DNA of 64,000 bases. Origin: the human T2T-CHM13v2.0 reference genome, Homo sapiens. The stretch lies in NCBI RefSeq assembly GCF_009914755.1, contig NC_060930.1. One strand, written 5' to 3'. The notes beneath the pieces are model-generated. The model ran no database searches, was not told the origin of the DNA, and saw only the letters and a list, made by a program, of their open reading frames with translations. Position numbers and translations under genes: made by a program. This document shows, piece by piece, positions 32,493-48,145 of the stretch (position 1 is the stretch's first letter; every line of letters starts with the position of its first letter).

Positions 32493-33153
32493 TTATGCGA
32501 TTTTATTTTGTAGTACAGTTTTAAAAATTCCACAGAGATGATGGACATAACTAAAAGCACTTCTTGAGGCACAAGTATTTCAAAAAATAACGTTAGAAAA
32601 AGAAAAAAACAGTGTCCAGTATTGAGCCAGAGGTATGCTGTCTAGTGGTTACTATTGCTCTTCTAACAGAAGTGACCATATAATCTGTAACTCTAGCTGG
32701 CACACTTCTGAGAGGGAAAGAGGTGTTATTAATAACAATGCCAGCACAACAGAGACTGACTCTCTCCCCAAAAGGCTGATATTCCTAGAAGTTGTATTTT
32801 TGTGATATTCAAGACAAATTAACTCTGGAGCATGCATAAGCTTTTTGAATTTCAATGTCTAATTTAAATCCACTACAATTTTGACTCATATTTTTAATAA
32901 AACGTCAAAAATGGTTAAAATACTTGCAATTGAAATCCTGACATCAAGATTCAGAGCAGTACACTCAACCTGGGTTTAACATGTTGCTCTATAGCATTGT
33001 AAAGTATAGTTGTAGCAAAAAATTCCACCAACAACAAACTCTGTGACTGCTTTCTCCATTCATTGGCAACATTTCCTCCCATTCACTTCCTTCCCAGAGG
33101 CCATGAAAAGATTAAAGGTAAACTAGGAATTTTGATTTCCACAGAACACTTAC

Positions 33154-33341
33154 TTTCCCTTCAAGAGAATACTCAGACGGTCATCAACTGAGGTTTTATC
33201 CTCTGCAGCATAAGTTTGGCCCTTTTTCAAGGTTTGGATCATGCAAAACTGTCCAGTTAGTCTTCTGAACAAATCTGGAGGCACACGGAGTGGTTCAAAC
33301 AATCGCCGGTACATGCCACTGAGTTCCTTTTCAATCTTTAC
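33154..33341 (-). CDS. BVES: BVES exon 4 (VKIEKEL...ILLKG; Popeye domain)
   Basis: ORF 33150-33374; cag|GTA and AA|gtaagt; 188 nt. Confidence 0.98.
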
Positions 33342-33543
33342 CTGAAATGCAGCAATGACTAGATGCTTCACCAATGCAGCAGCAATCCCAAAACACTGAC
33401 TTCTGTGGTCTAAATATGGTTTTGATAATTAACAAATCTTTGATATATACCATCACCCTTCTGTATTTAGGCCAATAGAATCTTACACAGCAAGTGAAAT
33501 GGTGATAGAAGTTTATACTTCAGATGCTAAAAGGGTATGGTTA

Positions 33544-34206
<663 letters not shown>

Positions 34207-35213
34207 TCAAAAAACTTTTGCAGTTAAACTGAACTCAGAGCATAAGGGGAAGATCCGCACTATTCATCATAACCTCTTCCTATTAGCTATAATGCAACTG
34301 TTTAGGTTTTCAATGTTGTCACAACATTCATCTTCCCAATCTTAGCACCTTCTATAAATAACAGAAAACCTTTTCTGTGAAACCTTTTGTTTCACACACA
34401 CAAAAAATTTACTAACTTTTAAATATGGCAGCAAGAAAATAAACACAAAATAGGAATCAATGAGGAAACAAATTTACAAAGGTAACACATACATTAAGCA
34501 TTTTATCTCCATGTAATTACTTAATGCACCAATATAGAAAAACAAATATGCACAGCTGCAATCACTGCTTCACATTTATATACTCTCAAGTAAAGTGAAG
34601 GAAAAATAAAAGGGTGTAAAAGAGTTTTAGTGTAGAAGTTTCATTGTAAGCTAAAATGAACTCTGTAAAATGGAGAACCCACTGGCAAATAAGGCTGGCT
34701 ACTGGAGGAAGAGAAAAACAAAATGGCTTAATCATTTCTGTTGTCAGATTCTCCAAAGCCCAGGTCATGCCCCATCTTTGGGCCCAGCATTAGTCTCTGG
34801 AAGTCATACTAATTGGGTGGATGGAAAACCATACTGCACTGTATCTCTGGCAGGCACTATACGAAGCCTATAGACCCAGATCATGACAGCTGCTCCAACC
34901 AATGTCACTATAGCATTTGCAGTGCTCCTACTTGTCCTGCTGTTTCATTTTGAGGAAAATCCAGCATTCATATTTTTCAAAAAAGTAGATTTATAGTATG
35001 AGAAGAAACAAAAGCACAGACACTAAGCGATTTACCTATTTGGTGCTATGATCATATCAGCAACTTCTGAACCTTACATTTTGGGGTTCCAGCAAGTTCT
35101 GACATTCAGAAAATGCAATCATTATCTACCTCCTCTACTCCAAAGCTCTATTAATGAGCATTTAATATGATTTATTCATGATCTGCTCATCCCGTAACTC
35201 TCAGATCAAGCCC

Positions 35214-35838
<625 letters not shown>

Positions 35839-35924
35839 TGAAAGCATTTACTCATCAAAGGTTTTTTTGAGCACCTACTGTGTGCCAATAATGGTTGACA
35901 GGAAAAGTGGATACAACAATAAGT

Positions 35925-36330
35925 GTGTTAGATTATTGTTTCCAATTATTCACTGCTCCCAACCTCTGTAAGAGGACTGTACATCCCCTTACTCCACCCC
36001 ATGCCCCATATTATCAAACTGGGCCATGTCACTTGTTTTTGCCAATGAAATATGAACAGAAACAATATATGTCCCTTTTGAGCAAAAGTTTTAAGAGACA
36101 TTGGGTGTTTCTCTTTTGCTCTCCAGTACTTTTTCTTCTGCCATGAGAATGCATGGTCCAAATAGAACCTGCTGCTTCAGCACAGACCCTTAAATGAATG
36201 AGATGCATAGAATAGAATCACAGCTGACACATAGCTGCCAGAGTCAAGATACAAGGTGGGTGAGAAAAAAAGCCCATTTGCTGTTATATATCATTGAGAT
36301 TTATTACATAGCATAACCTGGAAAAAACTG
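35925..36330. mobile_element. MLT1-type MaLR LTR
   Basis: ggccatgtcacttgtttttgccaatgaaat...cattgagattt...acatagcata. Confidence 0.65.
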
Positions 36331-37122
36331 AATATTACAGTAAAACAACACAGACTGACTCACTATGTTTAGATGAGGTTACAATCTAGTTGAATGCCTA
36401 TTATATATCATCTGCATCATTCAAATTAGAATCTTCTATGAATCATCTTGTTTTCTGATAGTTTTCTACATGCAAATCTGGCCCCAAACATAAGATTAAG
36501 GCAAGCATTATATCTTTTACTTTACTGAATGTTTGTTTGTGCTTAGGAAAGTCAGTAGATATATATGGGGTGATTTCTAGGACCCCTGCTGTTTTCCTAC
36601 TCTTTCTATTCTTGGTATGATCAACAAATACAAGATAAATCAGAGTTGAAAAGAAAAAGTTAAAGACTGGTGTTTTGGTAGCAACCCACCAAATATGGTG
36701 ACTTCCTTAGATGAATATTTTGGGCATTAGAAAAATATACAGTTATTACACTAAAAAATAGCATGAACTATTTGTAAATCATTAGAATGTTTAAGAAGTT
36801 GCCTATTAGTAAGTAATTTTATAACTGGGCAATGATATTTCCAGGTTAACATCTGAATATCAATATAAAAAATCAAGTAATATGACTTAAAAAGGAAAAT
36901 ATTATTCATGTTCTCTCATATGCTAATGATTTTTAAAGTTTTAAAAACTCATTTGTAGAACAAATTTCGTGGTACTAAAATGTTTCACTTTCAGGCATAT
37001 GTAAACAGAAAGCCTAAACTTCAGAGAAATTATATTAAAGTGACTAAATATGCTAGATGCTTACTCTTAACTCTGAACAAAGTACCTTTCAAAGTTTTAG
37101 CTTTAAAATCCCTTCCTTATTA

Positions 37123-37281
<159 letters not shown>

Positions 37282-37349
37282 TTAACATGTTAGATAATCT
37301 AGAAGAGCCTAAGTGGGGAGCTTAATAAATTTGATATCCTCTATATATA

Positions 37350-37695
37350 CAGTAGTCCTCCCTTTTCTGAAGGTGATACTTTGCAAGACCCCCAGTGAAC
37401 GCCTGAAACCATGGATAGTATACAACTCTATAAACACTACGTTTTATTGATCTGATACCCAAGACAGCTAATAAGCAATCACTGGGTGGGTAACACAGAT
37501 AGTGGGGATAAGTTGGACAAAGGGATGATTCACATCTCAGGCAGGATATAGCAAAACACTGCAAGATTTCATTGCACTATTCAGAATGTCTTGCAATTTA
37601 AAATGTATGAATTGTTTATTCTTGGTATTTTCCATTTAATATTATTGGACTGTTGTTGACCACAGAAAGTGAATCCATGGATGTGGGGACTACTG
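37350..37695. mobile_element. MER44A-like Tigger MITE, intact ends
   Basis: TIRs cagtagtcc...ggactactg flanked by TA duplications. Confidence 0.85.
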
Positions 37696-38315
37696 TAAAT
37701 CAAACACATTTTAGAACTACCTAAGCCAAATATCATGTTGTTTCATTTTGTTTTTTGTCCAGTGACCAAAAAAACCCCAAATATATGCTTTGTTGAATAA
37801 AATCTGTATTAAAAATATATAGGAAATACAAAGTATAAAAATATTTTTAAAGGGGAAAAATCCATAATTCTACTACTTAAAGAAAGCCATTAAATATCAA
37901 ATAATTTAATTCTGCCTTACAGAGTTTTCATACAGTTTTACCTGATGGCAAACCTAGCACACATACAATTTTAAAATCTCCTTTTTGACTTATTCCAGTG
38001 ATTTTCCCATTTCATTAAACTCTTTGCCAGCATAGTTTTAAAAGACTGCAGCTGATTAAACCATAATTTATTTAACCATCCCCCTACTGCCGGAAACACA
38101 ATATTTTGAGGGTATAATTTTTGACAAGTGGAAAAAAAATTTTATACATACAAATTTTTCTGTATTTGTGATTGTTTACTTAGTCTGGATTACCTGAAGG
38201 TGAATCTAGGGAATGAACTTTATAGTTTTTTACAATATTGAAGAATTGTTTTCCAAAAGGTTTGTACAAATTTGCAATCCTACTAGTTAGAAATGCTAAT
38301 ATCAAGTTGTCAGTA

Positions 38316-38606
38316 TAGTCATGTGTCACTTAATGACAGGGATATATTCTGAGAAACATTTCGTTAGATGATTTTGTTGCTGTGTGAACATCAGAGACTA
38401 TACGTACATAAACCCAGATGGCATAGTCTACTACACTATAGGGTATAAACCAATAAAGTACAGCTTGTTACTGTATTGAATATTGAATACTGCAGGCAAT
38501 TATAACACAATGGTGAATATTTGTATATCTAAATATATCTAAACATGGAAAAGGTGAACATGTGGTACTATATTATGGGACCACTTTCGTTATACGATGC
38601 ATAACT
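38316..38606. mobile_element. Tigger3a/MER7-like MITE within an old L1 fragment
   Basis: agtcatgtgtcacttaatgacagggata...gcataactg ends. Confidence 0.8.
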
Positions 38607-39198
38607 GTATTATAAAATGTGAAAACTCCTAATTTGATAGTGAGGAATTATGTATACTTTATTTTGCATTTCCATGATTACTGGTGAGCCTGCATATTTT
38701 ACCAAAATGTTTTAGCCATCTGAATTTTCCCTTGGTGATTATCCATTTATCTCTGAGAATCTTCCTGTGTTTTCTTATTGATTCTCTTACCTTATATAAA
38801 ATATCCCCAGTTTCTTTTGATCAATTTTATGATAGGAGAGTTAATACAGTATATACATTTAAAATAAAACTATCATGAAGATATAAATCATTGACACACG
38901 CATACTCACAAAAGCTAACCACCCACTTTAAAAGTTACTCACTTGCAATTTTTTATTTCATAAGAATGATTTGATGCACCTGAATAAAGCCCAAAATGTA
39001 AAAATTTAAATATTCTTTAAGTAATATTTCATAGCAAATAGTGAAGCAATTTAAAATATTTTAATTTAAAGGAGACAAGGTATATAATGGGAGGATAGAG
39101 AAAAACTGGAGGACCTGAATTATAGTCCTGGTTTGGCCATTTTTTCTCCATCTTAATTTTGGATGGGTCATTTTACTTGTCTAGGTTTCACTTTTTAA

Positions 39199-39477
<279 letters not shown>

Positions 39478-39696
39478 TAGATTTCTCTTTCTGCATTTAC
39501 AGAATAAAGTGTTAGATTTGATAATATCTTTGGTTCATTCCACCTCCAAAACTCTGTCTTAAAATTCATAATTGATGTTTGCTTTTTTATAGGGTACGGT
39601 ATTTTTTTTTTCCATTCAACTCCCTGTTCCTACTGCTGTAATCCTCACCTTACTCACAGGTCACACAGCCACAGAGGTCCCACAAGCTTCTACTAA

Positions 39697-40266
<570 letters not shown>

Positions 40267-40619
40267 TGATACGCCATACTGGGATTGCCCATCTGTTTCT
40301 CCACCAGCCCCCACAAGAGTGTCTTTCTCAAGGATGAAGACGGCCTTCCTCAGTCTTTGTCTGGACACATCACAGGTGCTAAAAAATGCACCTGAATAAA
40401 TGGGCCATCAGGGAAATAATCACATAGAGAATAATTTGTCAAGAATCACTGGCTAATATAACAGATTCAATTGTTTTAATGTTCTGATGTGAATCAATTT
40501 AACTTGCTTCATCAGGGTTACTGGGACCAAAAAAAATTTGTTTTATTTGAACTACTGTATCTGGTAATTGTTTTTGTTCCCAATGTTTCTTTACTGCCCA
40601 CAGCAAATATCTTTTCAAG

Positions 40620-40860
40620 TAATAATAGTTAAAACTATACAGTACTTACTATGGGCAGGCAATATTCCAAGTTAAATATATATATGACACACATTTAATT
40701 CACAACAACTTTGGGAGGTGGTATTATTTTTACCCTTATCTGATACATGAGGAAACTGAGGCAGTAGAAAGATTAAATCACTTGCCCAAGTTACAGTTGA
40801 CAAGAAATAGAACCAGGATTTGAATCACACAATTTGGCTTTAAAGTTCATACTCTTACAC
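40620..40860 (-). mobile_element. MIR
   Basis: atgaggaaactgaggca...cacttgcccaag...caggatttgaa. Confidence 0.8.
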
Positions 40861-41100
40861 ATGAATGAATGTTCTGGTATCTGGAAAACCTAAACAACAT
40901 ATGAAAGCACATATAAACAAAGTAAGTAAGGGAGAGATATGGCATGTGAAGGCCTATGCTCTAAGCTAATTGATATACTGCTAATTCATTAACAAAGACT
41001 TACATTTTTTGGCTTGCTATGGGCCTGACAAAGAATACTCTGAAGCTCTCAATGTAAAGCCCATCTTATGTCAGTTACAGAAAAGTTACATAAAGTATCA

Positions 41101-41430
<330 letters not shown>

Positions 41431-43480
41431 TTATTTCTGTGAATTAAATAGACTTCTCTAGTGCTTATGAATTAGACAGACCCAGATTCAAATCCAACTC
41501 TGTCACATATTAAATGTATTCAGTTCCTTACCTGTTAAAAGATGGTAATAATACCTCATTTGCCTTATGATCAAATGAAATGAAATACATAAAATACTTA
41601 GCATAGTGCAAAACTATTCCCTCATAGGCACATATATACGTATAAACACTTGTAGGGAAGGGAGGAGTGAGGGAATTAGTCTTTAAGATAATCACCAATG
41701 TTCATAAACCATGGTAATTACAAAGTTATTTAGTCTAGTCTTCCATCAAATTCCCACTGGTGACTGAATCCAAACACAGGAAAAATAACTAGAAAACTAA
41801 TTATTTGAATACTTAAAAAATATGAATACCCTCACATCTATTTGAAGGCTTAGGATATTTAGAAGGCTCTATTTTTATACCACCATTAAATCACTGTATC
41901 ATACATACATAATACATTATCATATATGCAAATAATATATAGCCATATAAACATTTATATATATACAGAGAGATACAACATGAAACTTTTATTGTCTTAT
42001 TTAAATCTCTACTTTATTTCCCATAATAATTCTACCTGGTAGCATATCACAAATTTAAAAGTAGTAAACTTCCAGTTTACTTATACATATGAAAATCCAT
42101 AGCAAGTACATTTAAAGAATATACATTTTACACATGCTTATATAAAACCATTTCCTATGTTACCTGTCTTCGGTCTCCGGTCCTTAAAAAACACTCTATT
42201 ATTAATTGCACAAATTTGGTCCTTGCCAAACACTATGTAGGTTTACAGATTATATGAATTATTCTGTTTCAGCAAAATTCCAAATGGGGACCCTAAATAC
42301 ATTTAAATTTAGAAATATGTATTTCTTTCAAAATAAGGTCATGCAATTAATCTTACTCTTCTACTGCTTGTTCTTAACATACTAAAGGTTTTAGGTAGTA
42401 GAATAATTAATTGGTACAAAATGGGTATTTTGAAAGGATGTTAACAGACAAATGTGAAAGAATTCCACAGCTTAAAGATGATAAAAAACAAGCACACCAA
42501 TTTACAAATTGTGAATGAAATGATCAAGTCAACTGAAGATCTTTTTACATAATTCTGAAATAGCTCATAAATATTAATAGTAATAGTTGACTTAGATATT
42601 GATTTGCTACAAAAAGGAAAGAAACAAAAATTCACCTATTTTCCAAATGTCTGAAATCAGCAAATATATAAGCCTATCAGGATGGCGGGGGGGAAGATCA
42701 TTATTTTAATAACTCCATTTATACAAAATTTGCTTTTCAAGGCCAAACGAGAATGAATCTCGTAACTTCTGCAGGACAGAGAATGATATGAGGTATCCTC
42801 TATCACTCATAACCCAACATCACCTACCCTAGCATTACATAGGTTAATAATAACTATCATTTCGACAGCACTGTAGAATGTACCTACACTCCCATTGTCC
42901 TGTTTGTCCTCTAGGAGGCAGGGACAATGTTTATTCATCTATGTACTTCCAAGGCCTAGCCTCTGTAGAGAAGGCCACTGAGACAGGGATGAAAGCCACT
43001 CTGAAGGAACGTCAACCTGATAAACACTTTCAGAAATCACTGTTCCGTCTCCCCAGATCTCAGTAATAAAGCCAGAGGAGTGCCTAGCCTTCCTGAGGTT
43101 GAGTGAGGTTCTACACCACAAGCCACCAGGGTGCTACATAAGCCAGGGAAAGCCACTTCTGCTCCTCGGGTCTGTTTCTTCCTTGGAATAGGGAAAACTT
43201 TAATAGCCTATGGTTCTATAATACACATTTACATAATCAATCAATCAATACATGTTGCCCCTCGAGTTCACCCAGTTTCACCTGTATTGCCTATTAATCC
43301 ACTATAATTCAATATCAGGCTTTTACAAGTTCTTAAAGTGACACTAAAAGTACCAATTTCTGGTCCAAGAAAAATGACAGGAAAACTACTATTATGACCC
43401 AAGAACCAGAAAATATTATTAGCAGTTTTTAGAAGGTACGGTCATCCTAAACATGTTTTGACGCACGACACCTTATTAAA

Positions 43481-43526
43481 GAGAGAGAGAGAGATATATA
43501 GATATATGTATCTATATATCTATATA
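43481..43526. repeat. (GA)n/(TA)n quasi-palindromic low-complexity tract
   Basis: gatatataga...tctatatatc. Confidence 0.8.
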
Positions 43527-44731
43527 ATTGTCTATTGTGAAATGCCAGTTACCTATTGTCGAAAATATTGATCAGATCAGTTTACTTTGATTACCACTTA
43601 ATCGTTAAGTGGCTTACACTTAACAATTCTTATACAGAGAATAGGTGGAAAGAGAAAGGTTAGACTGCTAAATTGGTAAACTTTTCAGATTAATTTTGAC
43701 TAAATCAAGAGAAATTATTTTTCCCTCATCAGATCATCAAAGTTGAAGTCCTTAAATTACCTATACTAGTAAAGTTTTGTTTATCGTTTTTCAAATAGGT
43801 GATTGTAGGGCTAAATAGCTAAATGCTGAAACTAACATTAAACCTCTACCAAACTAAAAAAATGAAAAAGATAACTGCAAACGAGCGTCTTGCTAGTCGA
43901 GTTAATTCATTCTGTAATTCTAACTGAATCTTCGCACATCTCCCGAATGGCAAATGGCATTACATTGCTAAGAGTCTTTTCGCACTTATTCATGCTTCAA
44001 AGCAGGCAGTTTCTGGGACTTGTCTGGCCAACAACCCGTTCCCAAAGGCTCGGGGAAGGAGGTTGCGGGTGGGTGGCGCGGACCTCGGGTCCCCAGCCAT
44101 CGGCGCTCTCCCGGGGCCCTCTGACCTCGCTCCTTAAAGGAGGAGGGTCCGTGGCAACGGTCCTCCTCGGCCAGGCGCTCTCGGGACGCGGGGGTGAGGA
44201 GTGAGCGCCGTGGCCCACCCTACTCTCCGAGCGGGGACGGAGTGGGCGACACCGCGCGCCCGGCTGCACGCAGGCTCTGCGCGGCTCGAGGCGGCCCTAC
44301 AGGGGGCGAGGAGGAACCCCGGAGACTCGGCGGAGAGAGCAGAGACGGAGCTCACCAAGGGGCTTGCCGCCGCAGAGCGCGGGAGCCGGCACTCGGTGGG
44401 GCCGAGGGCCCGGGGACGCTGGGGCTGCCTGACCTGAGCGGCGGCCGCTGACCGTTGAGGGTCTCTGTGGCCGCAGCGCCCAGACCCGGGGAGAAGGGCG
44501 GCCTCCAAGGGCCGGGAGCCCCTCGAGGGCGCGGCCAGCGAGGAGGGACAGAGGGCGGCGCCCCCGGCTGCCCGGGCGCGTAGAACAAGCAGCTGCCGCC
44601 AGGGCCGACAAAGTTGCTCCCCGAGGGGCTGAGATCCAACTTTCGCTTCCCGATTTAGCCAGGGGAGCGCGAGGCCGCACACAACCCGGCGCGGGGGGAA
44701 AGCCGGCTGCAGCTGCGCCTCCCATCCTTAC

Positions 44732-44920
44732 CCGGCTGGTCCCTGGCGGGGAGCCTGGGCAGCGCCGACCAAAGTTCGGAGCCGCAGCTTCGGGGCGCGG
44801 GACGCGGGGCACACGGGCTCAGCTGCTCGACGGGAGCCCGACGCGCGCTCCTCGGCGGGTCGGCGGGTCCGGAAGCTCCGCTGCCCGGGCCGGGTCCCCA
44901 AGCCCGCAGCCGCTTTGACT
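44732..44920 (-). other. BVES: BVES non-coding exon 1 (likely main)
   Basis: Strong donor CGG|gtaagg at 44731; Inr-like TT(A)GTC at 44920; no ATG inside; TSS is inferred. Confidence 0.7.
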
Positions 44921-44983
44921 AAAATAGGCATCGCGACGGCGGCGGCAGGCGGCGGCAGCCAGGGCTGGGGCCGCACCGCGCAC

Positions 44984-44993
44984 GCGCATGCGC
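44984..44993. promoter_or_regulatory. NRF1 palindromic site GCGCATGCGC
   Basis: Perfect consensus, overlapped by GCGCACGCGC at 44978-44987. Confidence 0.75.
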
Positions 44994-45949
44994 CCGCCGC
45001 CCCGCGCCCCCCGGCGGGCGGAGCCCGGCGCCGCGGCCAGGATTTCCCACCTCGCTCCCGCGACTCCGCTGCGGGTCTGCACACCCGAGGACTCGGTTTG
45101 AAACGCCCGCTTATTTATTTTCTTGTCGCCTCGCTACAAGATTCTATCCTTGTTTGGGATGAGTGGGGGGCGGCAGTCTCGTGGGACCGGCGGCATTCGT
45201 CGTTCCTCCTTACGGGGATAATTCGAGAAGTGCGGTCCGGGTAGGGAGAGAAATCAGGAGAGAAAATGAGAAAGAGAATCCTCGTTTCCCCTCAAAGTTG
45301 GACGACCCACTCGTATATCTCCTTTTTGGGAGATTCGCCCATAACTCAGCACAAACAGGGAATAGCCCGGAAAGCGCGCGAGTTCCCGTCCGATTGTAGC
45401 GGGGGAGGCTGAACGTTTGGTCCACACGGGTGCAGGACGCGGGGGTCAGGCCTCCTGCTGCGGAGGAAGAGGGGGAAGAGGCCGCGCGGGAGGGACTTCT
45501 GACACGCGCCACTGTTTTTGTTTTCAAACAGGGGTACTTAACCGAAACTAGCAATCCCAGGCGGTACAAGGCCCTCCATCGTAGGCAAAGCACTACCTGA
45601 ATGTAGATTTGGGCCATACGTTGGAAAATAAGACATGAGAGTATGCTCCGATCAACTTTTACTGTTCACTGGACAACTATTTTGGGTAAGAAAAGCAAGG
45701 AAACTTAATAAAGAATTGGCGTTGTTGGGAGTTGTCTTGTAGGACAATAGAGGAAGGTTAGATGGGTACCCAGTTTCCACCAAAAGTGTCCCATTATTGG
45801 TTAAAATTGGCATCAGTTATTAGATTATGAGATCGTTCATGCATGTGAAATGTGATCTCAATATAAAAAATACCACCACCGATTGTGTGAAGGTACATTA
45901 TAAAGAGTACCTGGAGGTGCACACTGGACAAGTCTCTGGTTGAAGAGAT

Positions 45950-46094
45950 GGTGCAGCCTAGTAAGAAAGAGCATGGGCCTTGATGTCACACAAGCCGGGT
46001 TTGAATACTCCCTCTCCTACCAGTTTACTGTGTGACCTTGGAGAAGTTACCTAGCCCTTCTGTGCCTCAGTTTCCTTTTTGGAACATGGGGATA

Positions 46095-46129
<35 letters not shown>

Positions 46130-46230
46130 AATTATGATAATTGTACCTGCACTTCATAGTATAGTTTTGAGGACTAAATGGTGTAATTATATATAAGGGT
46201 CTTAAAATGGTGTTTGGGACATAAGTTCTA
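45950..46230 (+). mobile_element. MIR containing an (ATG)n microsatellite (~46095-46129)
   Basis: tgtgtgaccttgg...tgcctcagtttcc; about 11 ATG units. Confidence 0.85.
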
Positions 46231-46322
46231 TGTATATATATTGTATTTATAAAACTCCTTTTCTAATACGTCTGAACTTTCCTATAACCATAAAAGATTA
46301 CTTTTTGAGATTACTTCTTTAG

Positions 46323-46599
<277 letters not shown>

Positions 46600-46864
46600 T
46601 GAGTTATAATAATGAATATTGGAAATAGCCTAAATTCTAACCACAGGGGACTAAGTAAATTATAGAACATCCAGACAGTCTTGTTTATGAAAGAGCATGG
46701 GCCTTGATGTCACACAAGCTGGGTTTGAATCCCCCCTCTCCTACCAGTTTAAACAGCCATTAAAAATAAAAAACATAGAAACAGACTCTATGTTTAAACA
46801 ACCATTAAAAATAATTTCTAGAAAGATATTATAGACATCATAATAATGTCTACTAATTATATAA

Positions 46865-47150
46865 AGCAAGCTATGCCCCCAAAACCCCAGCCCACTGCCT
46901 GTTTTTGTATACCCATTTTTACATTTTTTATGGTTGGAAAAAATCAGAAGAAGAATATTTCATGATATGTGAACATTATATAAAATTCAAATTCAGTGTC
47001 CATAAAGTTTTATTGGAACCCAGTCACGTTCATTTTTATGGCTGCTTTCATGCTGCCAGTGCGGCTTTGATTAGTTACAAGAGAAACCTTATGGCCCACA
47101 AAGCCTAAAATGTTTACTCTCTGGCTCTACAGAAGAAGCTTACTGATGCC
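46865..47150. mobile_element. MER58-type hAT MITE
   Basis: gcccactgcctgtttttgta...tatggcccacaaagcctaaaatgtttact. Confidence 0.75.
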
Positions 47151-47892
47151 TCACATAGAGTATACTTTGTGTCAGGCAGTGTTATAAGTAACTTAGATAT
47201 ATTGTCACCTATTACACACCCACTCCTTACCTTCAGGATAGGATACCTGTAAGGCATGTAGATCTTATAAAGATTGCACATTTTTATGAAAAGAGCACTG
47301 AATTAGTTATAAGATTTGAGTTCTAGCCTTTCACAGAGTCTGTGTTTTCTTTGAGTCTGTGTTCTATAGGAAGTGAAGACTGGAAAAAACCTAATCCCCT
47401 CACTATAACCCATCTAGGATTGAAACCGTTATTTATAATGAGTATCTTACTGTATTTTAATTTCTTATCCCAGATGTATGAATAGTAGCTTTATAAAATT
47501 CAAAGCAAGAATTCTAGACACATAGCCCAGGATATGGGAATGCCTTAAGCTCCCTGGTCTCCTCCTGCTGGCCACAGAAAGGTCAGATTGAAAGCTTCCG
47601 AGCGCTATTTTGAAAGTTAATATGAAGCAAGGAGCTAATTTGCACATACGTGTAGAATGAAAAGGGTAAGAAGCATGAATAACAAAATACAAGGCAGTCT
47701 GTCTCCTCTGTAAAAACTCTGGCTAGTGTTAGATTGACATAATTATTTTTACCTTTATTTCTCTATAGGCATCCTAGTCTACTTTTACCAGTTGGATAAA
47801 ACCTTAATGAGACTTCAAAGTTCAGATAGAATAAGTTTTGTGAAAATAAAACAAGATCTGAGGGAGTCACTTGTTTTAAAAGTACACATATA

Positions 47893-48145
47893 TTGGGAGG
47901 CTGAAGTGGGCGGATCACCTAAGGTCAGGAGTTCTAGCCAACATGGTGAAACCCCATTTCTACTAAAAATACAAAAATTAGCCCGGTGTGGTGGTACATG
48001 CCTGTAATCCAGCTACTCTGGAGGCTAAGGGACAGGAATTGCTTGAACCCGGGAGGCAGAGGTTGCGATCAGCCGAGATCACACCACTGCACTCCAGCCT
48101 GGGCAATAGAGTGAGACTCTGTCTTAAACAAAAAACAAAAAAACA
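47893..48145 (+). mobile_element. Truncated AluS-like
   Basis: Alu consensus; TSD-like aagtac(t/a)cata. Confidence 0.9.

Larger units (their letters stand above)
43950..45510. promoter_or_regulatory. CpG island, probable bidirectional promoter
   Basis: Very high GC and CpG density against an AT-rich background; GC box GGGCGG at 45016-45021. Confidence 0.92.

Noticed and set aside
43122-43137. CTCF-like GCCACCAGGGTGCT (also 2429-2443)
   Set aside because: About three mismatches to the core; cannot be supported without PWM scoring or ChIP data
44918-44927. MEF2 site ACTAAAATAG
   Set aside because: One base short of CTA(A/T)4TAG; better explained as the Inr region
43890-45617. Overlapping long ORFs in the CpG island (up to 182 aa)
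   Set aside because: Stop-poor GC-rich DNA, A/R/P/G-biased products, mostly non-ATG starts, no recognisable domain
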